NCBI GenBank assembly: GCA_964418775.1
Contig: CAYQNA010000002.1
Span: 22,181-86,180 of the forward strand
Reading direction: 5' to 3'
DNA: 64,000 nucleotides
From: an uncultured Gammaproteobacteria bacterium
GTDB lineage: Bacteria > Patescibacteriota > Patescibacteriia > Magasanikbacterales > UBA922
The notes under the pieces are model-generated. The model was not told where the DNA came from. It made no database searches and was given only the letters and a program-made list of their open reading frames with translations. Below are positions 8,615-19,249 of the stretch, piece by piece (the first letter of the stretch is position 1; every line of letters begins with the position of its first letter). The translations under genes and the position numbers were made by a program.

Positions 8615-9523
8615 TTACAGGCCCATTTCTTTCTTCATAGCATTAATACCTTCGGCAATTTGAATGGTTGGTTCCCAACCCAACAAACGTTTGGCTTTGC
8701 TGATATCAGCCGTAAAATAACGGCCATCCCCAGGGCGTTCAGGAATTTTGACTACGGGGCGATCGATAATCGCAACTAATTGATTTACTGATTGTGGATT
8801 GTTGGTGCCAATATTTATTACCTCGCCTTTACCCACAGTAGGGCTGGTCATCGCTGCCAAGTTTGCGGCCACTACGTCTGATACGTGAATATAATCACGA
8901 TAATATTCGCCATCACCGCACACGGTCAACGGTTGGCCTTCTTTGGCCTGCTGCAAAAATTTACCAACCACTAACGCATACGGACCATTTGGGTCAAAAT
9001 GCGGACCGTAGACATTGAAATAAATTAAACTGACCCCCTCTACTCCGTACAATTCGCTGAACAAACGGACGTAATGTTCCCCCACAAGTTTATGCAAACC
9101 ATAGGGACTGATTGGATTTCTGACCATTGTATCCTCAACGAGCGGGAAGGTTGTTTGTTCACCATAGGTGGCGGCAGTAGACGCCAGCACAACTCGTTTA
9201 ACGTGATGTCGTTTGGCCGCCAACAAAACCTGAAGTGTGCCATTTACATTTACATCGTGCACTTCCCAAGGCTGTTCAACCGAATAGCTCACACGAGGCA
9301 AAGCAGCCAAATGAAAAATACCATCTGCACCCGCGCACACACGGTCAAGCACAGACGCATCACGGATATCGCCTTCAACATATTCAACCCCAGCCACTAC
9401 CCGATCAGTCTGACGGCCACCTGCATAATTATCCAGCACCACCACACTGTTGCCTTGTTTAATAAGTTCGGTAACTAAGTTTGTACCAATAAAACCAGCT
9501 CCGCCAGTTACTAAGTAACGCAT
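8615..9523 (-). CDS. NAD-dependent epimerase/dehydratase (UDP-sugar 4-epimerase-like)
   Basis: MRYLVTGGAGFIGTNL Rossmann motif; YGLHK active-site region; ATG start. Confidence 0.8.
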   Translation of the reverse strand: MRYLVTGGAGFIGTNLVTELIKQGNSVVVLDNYAGGRQTDRVVAGVEYVEGDIRDASVLDRVCAGADGIFHLAALPRVSYSVEQPWEVHDVNVNGTLQVLLAAKRHHVKRVVLASTAATYGEQTTFPLVEDTMVRNPISPYGLHKLVGEHYVRLFSELYGVEGVSLIYFNVYGPHFDPNGPYALVVGKFLQQAKEGQPLTVCGDGEYYRDYIHVSDVVAANLAAMTSPTVGKGEVINIGTNNPQSVNQLVAIIDRPVVKIPERPGDGRYFTADISKAKRLLGWEPTIQIAEGINAMKKEMGL

Positions 9524-9526
9524 ACA

Positions 9527-10939
9527 TTAGATATTTGTTTCGCCGGCTAAAAATGGCGAGCCGACAGCAATGATGCTGTATCCTTTTTTGCACAAGGCCG
9601 AATATTGGTGTTGCAAAATACGACGTCCATCCATAATTAAGAATGGAGCCGATACCGTTGCCGCAATTGTTTCGGCCAAGTTTTTAAACTGTGGCCAATC
9701 AGTACCAATCACAACGGCCTGTGTACCTTGTAGTGCTTCGGCCTCGTTTTTGGTGTACGTAATTTTGCCGTACAACGGATTTTTAGCAGCATCAAAGTAG
9801 CGTGCGCATTCCGTCATGGCCGCCGGGTCATAGACTTTGACCTCAGCTGCACCAGCACCCAGTAATTGCTGGACAATTCCAATTACCCCTGAATTGCGGA
9901 TATCATTCGTGTCCTGCTTAAACGCCACCCCCAGTACGGCAACCGACTTACCCGCCCACTCCATGTGGGCTTCGGTTTCAGCACGACCAAAAAAGTGGTC
10001 ACGTTGAAAAACATTGGCTTCCAAAATACTGCGGACCAAATGAGCGTGTGTACCGGCTTGCTCCAATTGGTGCGCGAGCGAGGCTGCGTCTTTGATAAAA
10101 CAACTACCGCCCGCAAACAAACTATCATACAAACCCCAACTACCAATGCGCGGGTCAGCCACCAAAATTTTGCGCACCGACTCATAGCCAACTTTGTCAA
10201 AATATTCGCACGTGCGTCCAACTACATCAAACGTAGTCACGACTTTATTGAAGAGTAAAAAGTTTGCGAGGAGCTTACCACAAGCCGCTTCGTATGGATT
10301 TACTTCAATGTAAGTAATACTTGGAACATCACAAAAACGCTGGTACAACTGACGCATGATTGCAAAGTCCTCGGCTGAATTCGCGCCAACGACCACGCGG
10401 TCTGGGTGAATTGAGTCTTGTACTGCCTTGCCTTCGACCAAAAATTCTGGATTAGCGACAATCCCAAAATTTTGTACACCCTCGGCCGCAAACCATTCGG
10501 CCGTGTAATCAATCATGCGAATTGGCACTGTGCTTTTATTGATGATGACCAAACGCCGTGATTGTGCGCCGCCATTTCGTGCGGCCAACAACGGACCAAT
10601 TGTTTTTACGGCCGCCTGATAGTACGACAAATCAGACTCGCCCTCGGCGCCAGCTTTTTCAGGCGTTGGCAAACACATAAACACCGCATCCACACTCTCG
10701 CAAAAAGCAGCGACATCGCCAATTTCAGTGCTAAATGTAATACGTGACTGGTTACGAATCAAGAGCTCGGCCAGACCCTCTTCGTGTAGACACGACTTGA
10801 TCGTATCCCGGTCGCCACTCCCAAGCTTGCGGACTTTTTCTTTGTCAACGTCAAATACAAGCACTTGATGCCCGGAATCAGCTGATACGGCCGCAGAACA
10901 AGCCCCTACAAATCCCCCACCAATATATAGAATGTTCAT
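9527..10939 (-). CDS. UDP-glucose/GDP-mannose 6-dehydrogenase family (nucleotide-sugar dehydrogenase)
   Basis: [23 protein letters not shown] catalytic Cys motif; 470 aa; ATG overlaps the downstream gene's TGA (ATGA). Confidence 0.85.
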   Translation of the reverse strand: MNILYIGGGFVGACSAAVSADSGHQVLVFDVDKEKVRKLGSGDRDTIKSCLHEEGLAELLIRNQSRITFSTEIGDVAAFCESVDAVFMCLPTPEKAGAEGESDLSYYQAAVKTIGPLLAARNGGAQSRRLVIINKSTVPIRMIDYTAEWFAAEGVQNFGIVANPEFLVEGKAVQDSIHPDRVVVGANSAEDFAIMRQLYQRFCDVPSITYIEVNPYEAACGKLLANFLLFNKVVTTFDVVGRTCEYFDKVGYESVRKILVADPRIGSWGLYDSLFAGGSCFIKDAASLAHQLEQAGTHAHLVRSILEANVFQRDHFFGRAETEAHMEWAGKSVAVLGVAFKQDTNDIRNSGVIGIVQQLLGAGAAEVKVYDPAAMTECARYFDAAKNPLYGKITYTKNEAEALQGTQAVVIGTDWPQFKNLAETIAATVSAPFLIMDGRRILQHQYSALCKKGYSIIAVGSPFLAGETNI

Positions 10940-11874
10940 ACTTTTGTTTTAAAATATTCAATCGTGGTGCTTAGACCAGTCTCCAAATCAACTTGCGGGT
11001 ACCAACCTAGTGACTTGCGCGCCTTGCGAATATCCGGCTTGCGACGCACCGGATCGTCCTGGGGTAAATCGCGATACACAATCCCACTCTTTGAACCAGT
11101 TAAATTAATTACTGTTTTAGCTAATTTTTTAACCTTGTATTCATCTGGATTACCCAGATTTACTGGGCCAGTTATATCTTGTTCAGTGGCCATCATCTTT
11201 ACAATTCCATCTACGAGGTCAGCTACGTAGCAGAAACTACGCGTTTGATTACCTTTTCCATATAGCGTAATTGGTTCGCCTCGCAATGCCTGCACAATAA
11301 AATTCGAAACCACCCGCCCATCATTTAGCGCCATACGTGATCCATATGTGTTAAAAATCCGAACCACCTTGATTTTTAAACCATAGGTCCGGCGATAGTC
11401 AAAGCATAAGGTCTCGGCCACGCGTTTACCCTCATCATAACATGCGCGTGGACCAATTGGATTTACATTGCCGCGGTATTCCTCTACTTGCGGATGCACT
11501 TCCGGATCACCGTATATCTCGCTGGTTGAGGCTTGTAAAATTGTAGCGCCATGTTTCCGGGCTAATTCCAGCATATTAATCATGCCAATCGTGTTTACTT
11601 TAATTGTCTCAATCGCGCTGCTTTGATAGTGCACAGGTGAAGCTGGGCAAGCCAAATTATAGATTTCATGAACAGTTTCTTTAATTTCCACTGGTTCAAT
11701 GATGTCGTGCTTGAGCAATGTAAAGTTTGAATCTGACTGCAAATGAGTCACGTTATCAGGGCTTCCAGTTAAAAAATTATCAATACAAATTACACGGTTC
11801 CCCTCGGCTAACAATCGCTCGCACAAATGTGAACCCACAAATCCCGCACCGCCTGTGACGACAATAGTCTTCAT
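10936..11874 (-). CDS. UDP-glucuronate decarboxylase (UDP-xylose synthase)-like epimerase/dehydratase
   Basis: [22 protein letters not shown]; a paralog of 4157..5170. Confidence 0.8.
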   Translation of the reverse strand: MKTIVVTGGAGFVGSHLCERLLAEGNRVICIDNFLTGSPDNVTHLQSDSNFTLLKHDIIEPVEIKETVHEIYNLACPASPVHYQSSAIETIKVNTIGMINMLELARKHGATILQASTSEIYGDPEVHPQVEEYRGNVNPIGPRACYDEGKRVAETLCFDYRRTYGLKIKVVRIFNTYGSRMALNDGRVVSNFIVQALRGEPITLYGKGNQTRSFCYVADLVDGIVKMMATEQDITGPVNLGNPDEYKVKKLAKTVINLTGSKSGIVYRDLPQDDPVRRKPDIRKARKSLGWYPQVDLETGLSTTIEYFKTKV

Positions 11875-11875
11875 A

Positions 11876-12742
11876 TCAGTTTTTTGGTTTACAAATGTTT
11901 TGGAGCAACGCTAAACCCAAACGAGTTTTAATACCAGACCAAACAGCTGCTTTCAAAAATACGTTGTGCTTTGTCCCCCAGTGCTTATCATAATACAACC
12001 ACATGGCGTCGTAAAAATTAACGATTGATTTTGTGCGGCGTTTTTTGGAGCTAGCCCCACCATAGTGAATAATTTCAGCAGTGTGCACAAACATTGTTTT
12101 CCAACCACGGTCAAAGACTTGTTTAGAAAAATCCAAGTCCTCACCATACATGAAGAAACGCTCATCAAAACCACCGGTCGCTTCAAATACTTCCCGACGG
12201 AACATCATGGCCGCGCCAGACAAAGCCTCCACTGGCTCTGTTACATTAGGCTCACGATTATAGCCTTTGTATGCATTCACTCGGGCACTCTTACGGAATA
12301 TTTTTACGAGCCCAAACAAATGATAAAACGATGATAATGGTGTTGGCAACATGCGGCGGCAAGCATGCTGGAATGTATGGTCTGCGTTCAAAACTTTTGG
12401 GCCAATCATCATAACATCGGAATGCTCCTCCAGATACGCCACCATTTTTTCGAGCGCACGATCAAGGACGACCGTGTCACTATTCAATAACATGATATAT
12501 TGGCCTTTAGCCAAACGCATACCCTGGTTATTAGCCTTGCCAAACCCAAGATTGGTGGCATTTTCTACAATTATAATTTGTGGGAATTGTGAGCGCAATG
12601 CTTCCACACTACCGTCGGCTGAATTATTATCAATTAAAATTACTTCAAACAGTAGTGCTTTGGTTTGCTCAAAAACCGAGGCAATCGCGGCTGCGGTCAA
12701 TTCTTTGGTTTTCCAATTTACAATAACGATTGAGAGCTTCAT
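11876..12742 (-). CDS. Glycosyltransferase family 2
   Basis: [10 protein letters not shown]...[11 protein letters not shown]. Confidence 0.8.
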   Translation of the reverse strand: MKLSIVIVNWKTKELTAAAIASVFEQTKALLFEVILIDNNSADGSVEALRSQFPQIIIVENATNLGFGKANNQGMRLAKGQYIMLLNSDTVVLDRALEKMVAYLEEHSDVMMIGPKVLNADHTFQHACRRMLPTPLSSFYHLFGLVKIFRKSARVNAYKGYNREPNVTEPVEALSGAAMMFRREVFEATGGFDERFFMYGEDLDFSKQVFDRGWKTMFVHTAEIIHYGGASSKKRRTKSIVNFYDAMWLYYDKHWGTKHNVFLKAAVWSGIKTRLGLALLQNICKPKN

Positions 12743-13689
12743 AACGGCTTATGAATACGCCCGGTGAAGAGTTCAAATTTACCAAATAACCAGCCGGCCA
12801 TTTTGGCCAAGTCACCAGCAATGAGTAAGAGCGCCAGCGGAACTACACTAGACAGACGAACCGCGTAACCCTGCTTTTCCGTAAATCGAAACCAACGGAG
12901 CGCGTACTTTTGCACATAGTCTAAGCCTGCCAAATACAGAAATGGGATTGACCACACTGGGCCCACACAAGCAATCACAATAAACGCAGTGTAAGCGACA
13001 AAGCGTGCTGCTTGTCGCCACCAGTTAAGACCCGCATGACCTTCGCTGCGAGTGTAATTAAAGACCTGTTTTAAATAGGCTTGAATTGTAGGGCGTGGCC
13101 GCCAAAATACGAGCGGTTGACGCACGAGTGCGAGTTTGCCAACTTTGGCCAAAGCACGGTCAAAAAGCACGTCTTCACAGAATGGCAACCACGTTGGGTA
13201 GCCCTGAACAGTATGCCATAGGGTTTGGCGGAAGGCAACCGAACGACTCGATGGCAACCAATCAATCTCGAACTCAGGCGCTGACGGTGTAGTAAGGGCC
13301 GCAATCATGGTCTGTAACCACGTTGCGCTCGCGAGGCCTGGCCCAAACGCCGTTGCAGACCAATCCCCTTCGCCAAACTCGATTGGACGCACAATTTCCG
13401 CCAACCATTCTGGCGCATACGTACAGCCTGCATCTGTAACCACGATAATGTCACCCTTGGCCACAGCAATCGCCGCGTTGCGCCCGGTCGCAATATTACC
13501 GGACACTTGCTTGACCACCAAATTTGGGATCTGAGCCGCCGTCTCCTGTAGCCATTCCCACGTGCCATCGGTTGAACCACCGTCAACAATTACCCACTCA
13601 TCAGGCTGACGTTTTTGCAATGACAAACTATACCACCAACTGGCAATGGAGTTTTTTTCGTTGCGGACCGTGGCAATGAGCGAAATCAT
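12739..13689 (-). CDS. Glycosyltransferase family 2 with C-terminal membrane segment
   Basis: VIVDGGSTDGT...TGRNAAIAVAKGDIIVVTDAG. Confidence 0.7.
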   Translation of the reverse strand: MISLIATVRNEKNSIASWWYSLSLQKRQPDEWVIVDGGSTDGTWEWLQETAAQIPNLVVKQVSGNIATGRNAAIAVAKGDIIVVTDAGCTYAPEWLAEIVRPIEFGEGDWSATAFGPGLASATWLQTMIAALTTPSAPEFEIDWLPSSRSVAFRQTLWHTVQGYPTWLPFCEDVLFDRALAKVGKLALVRQPLVFWRPRPTIQAYLKQVFNYTRSEGHAGLNWWRQAARFVAYTAFIVIACVGPVWSIPFLYLAGLDYVQKYALRWFRFTEKQGYAVRLSSVVPLALLLIAGDLAKMAGWLFGKFELFTGRIHKPL

Positions 13690-14570
13690 ACAATATTTTT
13701 CAGGCGCTTGAGAAGCAAACTCAGCGGTCCGAGGATTTTCACTTCAGCCGCAATTACCGAACGACGTGGGCCGCGATAATTTTTATTTACAAACAACCAC
13801 AAACTATCAAGCATGCGGCGCAAACGGCGTGGATCAAACGCAGTTTTGTAACTGCCGCCATACACATGCATAACTGGGTCAGTCGAAATTACGTGGCACT
13901 CCCAACCAGCCTGACCCAAACGCCAACACAAATCAGTTTCCTCGAAATACATAAAGTATTCTTCGGCAAGCAAACCGACTTTGTCGAGCGCAGCGCGACG
14001 CAACAGTACGGCCGCCCCAGTCACATAATCAAGCACTAAACCAGTCTCTGGAATCGGTTGTGGATATAGGGCAAGGCTATGCAAACGACGACGCCACGCC
14101 GCCGGCAAAAACCACGTAAACGGAATTAAATAATACAAAACATTTATAGGTGTTGGAAAAAATCCACCTACCGATTGCCATGCGCGCGTTGGGTACACAA
14201 GCTGCGGCCCGACTGCACCAACCCGAGGATTAGCCGATATATGTTCAACCAATTGAGCCAAACTTTTGGCGCCGGTTTCTGTGTCGCTATTCAAAAGCCA
14301 CACAAATGGCTGATTTACAACCGTACGAATTGCTTGATTATTCGCTTTAGCAAATCCGACATTTTCTTGATTTTCTAAAATAATAACCTCAGGAAATTCA
14401 CGCTGCACGCGCTCGACCGTTTCATCACCCGAAGCATTATCAACCATAATTATTTGCTCAGGGGCAACGGTAGAGTTGTATAACGCAGCCAAAGCCTTGC
14501 ACGTTAAATCTGGCGTTTTCCAGTTCACCACAATTACCGACACTGGTACGCGCGGTTTAGCGGCGTTCAT
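13686..14570 (-). CDS. Glycosyltransferase family 2
   Basis: VSVIVVNWKT...IIMVDNASGDET. Track start is TTG at 14618; ATG (MNAAKPRV) at 14568-14570. Confidence 0.75.
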   Translation of the reverse strand: MNAAKPRVPVSVIVVNWKTPDLTCKALAALYNSTVAPEQIIMVDNASGDETVERVQREFPEVIILENQENVGFAKANNQAIRTVVNQPFVWLLNSDTETGAKSLAQLVEHISANPRVGAVGPQLVYPTRAWQSVGGFFPTPINVLYYLIPFTWFLPAAWRRRLHSLALYPQPIPETGLVLDYVTGAAVLLRRAALDKVGLLAEEYFMYFEETDLCWRLGQAGWECHVISTDPVMHVYGGSYKTAFDPRRLRRMLDSLWLFVNKNYRGPRRSVIAAEVKILGPLSLLLKRLKNIV

Positions 14571-16716
14571 ACAAATCAAATTGGACTTTGAAAAAACCAA
14601 TTGTTTTTCCGCGCACAAAACCCTCTTGTCCCAAAATCTCTCTGGTTTTGCCTTGCGGATCTTTTTGCCATTCTAAAAACTGTGAAAACCACACCCGCCG
14701 TACACCGGCCAATTCAGCACGCATGTGCGCACCAATCGCAACATAATCGGTTGCATCAACCAAATCATCAGGCCAGGTGCTAATAATCTTTACTGGCTTA
14801 GTTTGGTAAGCGGTGTAGGTTGGTGGCGGCTGTAAGTCCCCAATAAACATAACCGCGTCAGTCACTTGTAATTCTGCTTCCACCTGAGGCACTACGGTTT
14901 TCCATGGTTCGCGTGCATACCATGGATTAAACCAGTACAAACCATTAATAATTAAACTGCAGCTAATTACAATCACAGTCGCTACAAGACCCAAACGAGT
15001 TTTTTTATTCCATAGATATTGAATACTGTTAACCAAGAGAATCACATATAACGGAAACAACGGCGTGTAATAACGCGGGTCAAAAATAGAAAACCGTGTG
15101 GCCGAGATACCAAGACAGACTGCTATGGTTACAAGTATTTGCCACCACAAAATTTCCATAACCTGGTTGCGACGATCGGTTTTCCACCATTGCCACAGTC
15201 CGGTCAAGCCGATGGCGAAACTAAACAAACTAATTGCCGTTGGCCAATATTGATGCACGTGATTCAAGTCAGTCACTGATACGCGGCCACCAGCAAAACC
15301 AGCCGCAATAATGGCGGGGATCTGCCACCACGGAATAGACAAAAAATGAGTGGGCTGTTCCCCTGCACGGTGCAGTACCACACTAAACAACCACGGACTA
15401 TACAAAATTGTTACAATCAGCCATGGCCAGAAGCAGCGCCACCAAGCCGAACGCTGTCTAAAAACAACATACAGACACTGCGCGACCATTAAAAATGCAC
15501 ACGGATAAAATAACCACAGTGCAAGTAAAGAATAAAGACCATACCGCCACTTATCATAACGTGTTCGAGACGAATCCTTTTTTACCAAATCAGCAAATGC
15601 ATAGAACTGCAAAGCACTCACCAAAACAATGGCCATATATGAACGCAATTCACTGGCATAGAATATACCGAACGGTACAATACTGGCAGCCAGTAGTACC
15701 AGGCTTCGCTGCCACTTTTCCTGAGTATGCAGGGCAATTGCTCTTTTATAAATAACCCACAAAAACAGCGTATACCAGACCGTGCTCCAACTGCGCAGGG
15801 CAACTACTCCAAAATCGCTAAGTGGACCAATCGCATGCAAAAATAAATAGTACAAAGGCGGGTGCAAATCCACGCTCTGTGCCAGGTGAACAATCGAGCT
15901 AACTGAACCCTGCGCAAATTTACGACTAAGTCCTTCGTCGAGCCACATGGACTGACTGGCCGAAGTTGCCAATGCAACCGCAGCCACCAGTACAAAGACA
16001 GCCAACACAGGCCAATTAACCCAGGCATGACGCCCAGCCTTAAGTGCCCCATAGGTCAATAATTGTTTGGCAAAAAACCAGTACTCAGTCAAATTTAATT
16101 TTGAAGAACTATGACGGCGCATGCGAAACAAAAAAGCCCGTTCGGCCGTGCGCGAATAATGACCCTTTACCAAAATTTCCAATAAAATTTTGTATCCAAC
16201 TGTGTTCAAATTTACACCTTCAATTACGCTACGACGGAACACAAAATAGCCGCTGAGCGGGTCCTGAACGCCAGTCAAACGACGTGCGAGCGCGACACCG
16301 GTTTGTGATAATAATTTACGACCAAGTTGCCAATTCTCTACACTACTACCTTCGGCAAAACGACTGCCAATCGCAATTTCCACTGTCTCTAAATCCTTAA
16401 ACAACTGTGGCAAAATAGTTGGGTCATGACTCAAGTCTGCGTCCATGACTGCTAAATACGGACGGTCAGAGGCAGCAAAACCAGCTCGCACGGCTGAACC
16501 AAGCCCCTGCTTACCGGCACGGTGTAGCACTTTTACTGGATACTGCCGACCTAATTCATCAGCCACGTTGCCCGTACCGTCTGGCGAATTGTCGTCAACC
16601 ACAATATACTCCAAATCCAACCACGACCGGTCAATCGCCTGTTCAATTTCTGCAACTAAAAGTGGCAAATTTTCTGCCTCATTATATGTTGGAATTATCA
16701 GTGATGCGCGAATCAT
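14557..16716 (-). CDS. Fusion: N-terminal GT2 polyprenol-phosphate mannosyltransferase-like domain plus large C-terminal GT-C/PMT-like multi-pass membrane domain
   Basis: N-terminus IIPTYNEAENL...VVDDNSPDGT...AVMDADLSHDP (DPM1-like); about 480 aa of hydrophobic TM-rich C-terminus. Confidence 0.65.
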   Translation of the reverse strand: MIRASLIIPTYNEAENLPLLVAEIEQAIDRSWLDLEYIVVDDNSPDGTGNVADELGRQYPVKVLHRAGKQGLGSAVRAGFAASDRPYLAVMDADLSHDPTILPQLFKDLETVEIAIGSRFAEGSSVENWQLGRKLLSQTGVALARRLTGVQDPLSGYFVFRRSVIEGVNLNTVGYKILLEILVKGHYSRTAERAFLFRMRRHSSSKLNLTEYWFFAKQLLTYGALKAGRHAWVNWPVLAVFVLVAAVALATSASQSMWLDEGLSRKFAQGSVSSIVHLAQSVDLHPPLYYLFLHAIGPLSDFGVVALRSWSTVWYTLFLWVIYKRAIALHTQEKWQRSLVLLAASIVPFGIFYASELRSYMAIVLVSALQFYAFADLVKKDSSRTRYDKWRYGLYSLLALWLFYPCAFLMVAQCLYVVFRQRSAWWRCFWPWLIVTILYSPWLFSVVLHRAGEQPTHFLSIPWWQIPAIIAAGFAGGRVSVTDLNHVHQYWPTAISLFSFAIGLTGLWQWWKTDRRNQVMEILWWQILVTIAVCLGISATRFSIFDPRYYTPLFPLYVILLVNSIQYLWNKKTRLGLVATVIVISCSLIINGLYWFNPWYAREPWKTVVPQVEAELQVTDAVMFIGDLQPPPTYTAYQTKPVKIISTWPDDLVDATDYVAIGAHMRAELAGVRRVWFSQFLEWQKDPQGKTREILGQEGFVRGKTIGFFKVQFDLYERR

Positions 16717-16718
16717 AC

Positions 16719-17609
16719 TTACAATTTATAACACAATAGATTGAGATATGTGCGATCTGTGTAAGATTCCAACGAAGGCCATTTTTTATCAACCAAAATC
16801 AAAGCCTCGTCTTTTTCACTAATCTCATAAATCACAAATCCCGAATTCCACAAACGTTCAATTAAATCTGTAGGTCTAGGCATAGTGGCGGCAAGCCCTG
16901 CGGGCCAATATTCCAAAAATAAAACTAAACTATGCGAACCTTGTAGCGTTTGCTCCATGCCTTTTAGGACAAAATTTTCGGCCCCCTGAACATCAATCTT
17001 AATAAGATTAACATTGTTAATGTTATTGTGTTTGGCAAATTCATCAAAGCGCCATGTATCAATCACCACACCCTTGCGGTCTTCTTTAAGTTCCGAGACA
17101 ATGCGATGATCCCCTTTATTATCAGGCGATAAATACAAAGTGGATTTACCGGTTTGCTCAGAGAGAGCAGCAGCAACTGGCTTTATTTGGGGCATGCTGT
17201 TGGTTTGAGCATTTTGCTGGAGCAGCGCAAAATTTTCTGGATCAGGTTCAAAAGCGTAAATCTGGCCAGTTGACCCAACCACGGAAGCGGCCAAAACTGA
17301 GTAGTAACCGATATTTGCTCCCACATCAATAACCGTCATTCCAGGACGTAAATGATGCAAAAAAATCTTAGTGGCATACGGCTCATAGACATTAAACAAA
17401 AGCGCCGTAGAAATTACCGGATCAGTGGTGTTTAGATTCAAAGTACCCCAGGGCAAACTTATTTTTTCTGGAATAATAGTCAGAAGCAAACGGTGTAACA
17501 CTGACTTAATATAGCGACTGTTAACCAAAGCCAAATACGTACTAATAAAAAAAGCAGCTGGTAGGCAGGCCCGCAACGCCTTTATTACAGTGAAGAGTAG
17601 TTTTTTCAT
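16719..17609 (-). CDS. FkbM-family SAM-dependent methyltransferase
   Basis: VIDVGANIGYYSV...AFEPDPENF. Confidence 0.7.
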   Translation of the reverse strand: MKKLLFTVIKALRACLPAAFFISTYLALVNSRYIKSVLHRLLLTIIPEKISLPWGTLNLNTTDPVISTALLFNVYEPYATKIFLHHLRPGMTVIDVGANIGYYSVLAASVVGSTGQIYAFEPDPENFALLQQNAQTNSMPQIKPVAAALSEQTGKSTLYLSPDNKGDHRIVSELKEDRKGVVIDTWRFDEFAKHNNINNVNLIKIDVQGAENFVLKGMEQTLQGSHSLVLFLEYWPAGLAATMPRPTDLIERLWNSGFVIYEISEKDEALILVDKKWPSLESYTDRTYLNLLCYKL

Positions 17610-19249
17610 AATTTTTTAGCAACAAACACATTTTGTACTGCCCACCAACCTGGATATTTCTGCAAAATCCATTGGCCAGTTTTTCCTAGACCCAGCTGCT
17701 GGGCCCAGCGTTCAATGTCACCGCGCGGACGCACACTCTGTACCTGCAAACCAACACTCTCCAATAATTCGCACGCTGTTTTTTGGGTGTAAAAATGCAC
17801 GTGCGTACGGTCAAGAATGCCAGTGTCAGTCATAGTCCAATTACCACGCAGCAAACCCAAGCGAACTGAATAGTGTGCCACATTAGGCAGAGAAATTACA
17901 AACGTGCCCTCTGGTTTTAAGAGTGGACGCAATTGACGAAGTATTTCGGCAGGGTCGAGCAAATGCTCAAGCACATCACCAAGCAAAATATGGTCAAATG
18001 TTTTACCAGCCAAAACATTATTAGCCAACACTTTTTCCACATCACCAACAAACACATTCTCATACCCCTGGGCCTGCGCGACCTCGGCCACCGCTGGCAT
18101 TGACTCAATCCCCCACACTTTAGCGTGCTGGCGCAGGTGTACCCAATGACCTAAATATCCACTTGCACAGCCCACATCGAGCACGGTTGACTGTGGTTTA
18201 ATCGCATCCACCAAGAGCATGTGCGTCCCGGTTGGCTCAGTGGAAAAATTATAAGTAAATTCTGATTTTTCCGCAGCCGCATGATTTTTCGTACCCACAA
18301 TCATCAGACCCTGACCGCGATTAAGCGGAGTTAACGACTCAACGATTGAATTAATTGGATTCAAAATAATATTTACTGCCACCTGTACTACCTTAACGCG
18401 GCTCAAAACTTTGGCTGCAGCCACAATTACACGGATTGCCCGAGATTTTTCCTTGTATTTACCATCAAATAAATCAATATAATATTGAACAGGCCAAATC
18501 ACACCCCAGATTTTTTTTACCACCGGCAAAACAAACCCATTCTTCTCCCAGCGCGCCACACAGTCAGTAGGAAGCTCCAAGCCCACATGGCCACCAATCT
18601 TTTCAACCAAATATTCTTGAAATAAATCCGGATAGCGATGCGCAAAGCGGAAAAAAATATTATTACTGTCTGTTTCAATTACATGAATTGTACGCCCGGC
18701 GGGTTTCATCACGCGACGAATCTCTTGTTGCAAAGCGTCCTTGTCTACGTTGCGCACGTGGCCCAAAAAATCTGAGCTAACCACATAATCAAACGTGTTA
18801 TCCGCAAAAGGCAAGCGCATGACACCGCTCTGGATAGTCAACTGGTACCGATCTTTGGCAATCTTTAAGGCATCGTGCGACAAATCAACGCCGACTACAT
18901 ACCCGTATTTAGTAAAATAATCGCGCCCTGCTCCGCACGCCAAGTCCAAAATTGTTTGATTGGTGCCCTTTAAATGACGGCGAAAAAACCGTTCACGGCG
19001 ATATGCCAAACTAATTGTTTCCAAAATCTTTTTAAAAATACTTTGACGATTCAAACCCTGGAACCATTTTTGGCCATGTTCATCATGATAAATAGTATCG
19101 TAGTAGTCTTTGTCTTTTTCTTGTACGACAGCTTGGTCAACCCATACACCTTCGCGCAAAACCAAACTAAATGAGCAACGCGAACAACGCCATTCAGTTG
19201 GCATTGACGTCATTTCACATTTGCACATTGGGCACCACAAAGAAATCAT
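17606..19249 (-). CDS. Protein with N-terminal zinc ribbon and two tandem class I SAM-methyltransferase domains
   Basis: CPMCKCEM...CSRCS; ILDLACGAGRD (first domain) and VLDVGCASGYL...DVLEHLLDP (second domain). Confidence 0.7.
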   Translation of the reverse strand: MISLWCPMCKCEMTSMPTEWRCSRCSFSLVLREGVWVDQAVVQEKDKDYYDTIYHDEHGQKWFQGLNRQSIFKKILETISLAYRRERFFRRHLKGTNQTILDLACGAGRDYFTKYGYVVGVDLSHDALKIAKDRYQLTIQSGVMRLPFADNTFDYVVSSDFLGHVRNVDKDALQQEIRRVMKPAGRTIHVIETDSNNIFFRFAHRYPDLFQEYLVEKIGGHVGLELPTDCVARWEKNGFVLPVVKKIWGVIWPVQYYIDLFDGKYKEKSRAIRVIVAAAKVLSRVKVVQVAVNIILNPINSIVESLTPLNRGQGLMIVGTKNHAAAEKSEFTYNFSTEPTGTHMLLVDAIKPQSTVLDVGCASGYLGHWVHLRQHAKVWGIESMPAVAEVAQAQGYENVFVGDVEKVLANNVLAGKTFDHILLGDVLEHLLDPAEILRQLRPLLKPEGTFVISLPNVAHYSVRLGLLRGNWTMTDTGILDRTHVHFYTQKTACELLESVGLQVQSVRPRGDIERWAQQLGLGKTGQWILQKYPGWWAVQNVFVAKKL

